Assembly (NCBI RefSeq): GCF_001194135.2 | Contig: NC_068994.1 | Coordinates: 18,807,409 to 18,871,408 of the forward strand | Length of the DNA stretch: 64,000 nucleotides | DNA from: Octopus bimaculoides | Lineage: Eukaryota | Direction of reading: 5' to 3' | Translations under genes and position numbers: made by a program | In this document: positions 63,752-64,000 of the stretch, piece by piece | Position numbering within the stretch: position 1 is the stretch's first letter | How the letters are laid out: the number at the start of each line of letters is the position of its first letter | Notes under the pieces: generated by a model | Database searches by the model: none | Told to the model about the DNA's origin: nothing | The model's input: only the letters and a program-made list of their open reading frames with translations

Positions 63752-64000
63752 AAATTTCAAGTGCATTGCGGAGTCTGAAGATGTAAATTTTAGAGCTTGA
63801 GATTTTAACACTCTTGTTTTTAAAGGATTTCACAAAAGAAAATTGATATGTAACAATGAGTGTTAGAAATAAAATGAGGAATGGCAAAGATGTTATAAAT
63901 TGGTTTTTTGCTCATTATTCAAAATTTCAAGTGGGCTGCAGAGCCTGAAGATGTAAATTTAAGAACTTCAGATTTTAACACAGTTGTTTTTAAAGGATTT
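63752..64000. repeat. direct repeat with 170-bp period running off the window end
   Basis: aaatttcaagtg...ctgaagatgtaaattt...agattttaacac...tttttaaaggattt at 63752 and 63922. Confidence 0.85.

Overview
AT-rich, repeat-saturated animal genomic DNA from a gapped draft assembly (9 N-gaps, nearly all next to microsatellites). The SINE families and microsatellite load look like an octopus/coleoid cephalopod genome; this is pattern recognition, not a database check. I could not identify any intact host protein-coding gene, only a few isolated candidate exons. The window is mostly transposon relics: a full-length frameshift-free DD34D mariner, a DD37D (maT) fragment, a DD41D (rosa-type) element with long mirrored ends, a dead piggyBac plus TTAA MITEs, hAT MITEs, a Helentron-type HINE, a decayed Ty3/gypsy element, RTE, CR1, Tx1-like and R4/Dong-like LINE fragments, and over 30 tRNA-derived SINE pieces. 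The most interesting signal is a recurring architecture: long fold-back (inverted-repeat) elements with unrelated arm sequences that each carry a type-I hammerhead ribozyme core at the hairpin apex (20932-21343, complete core; 1505-1855, decayed core with perfect helix I; 32281-32395, degenerate). Further hammerhead pieces lie at 34791 and 35663, and a related near-perfect 120-bp hairpin lies at 53441-53723. Ribozyme activity and the mechanism of origin are hypotheses, not demonstrated. All alignments and identities were done by eye.
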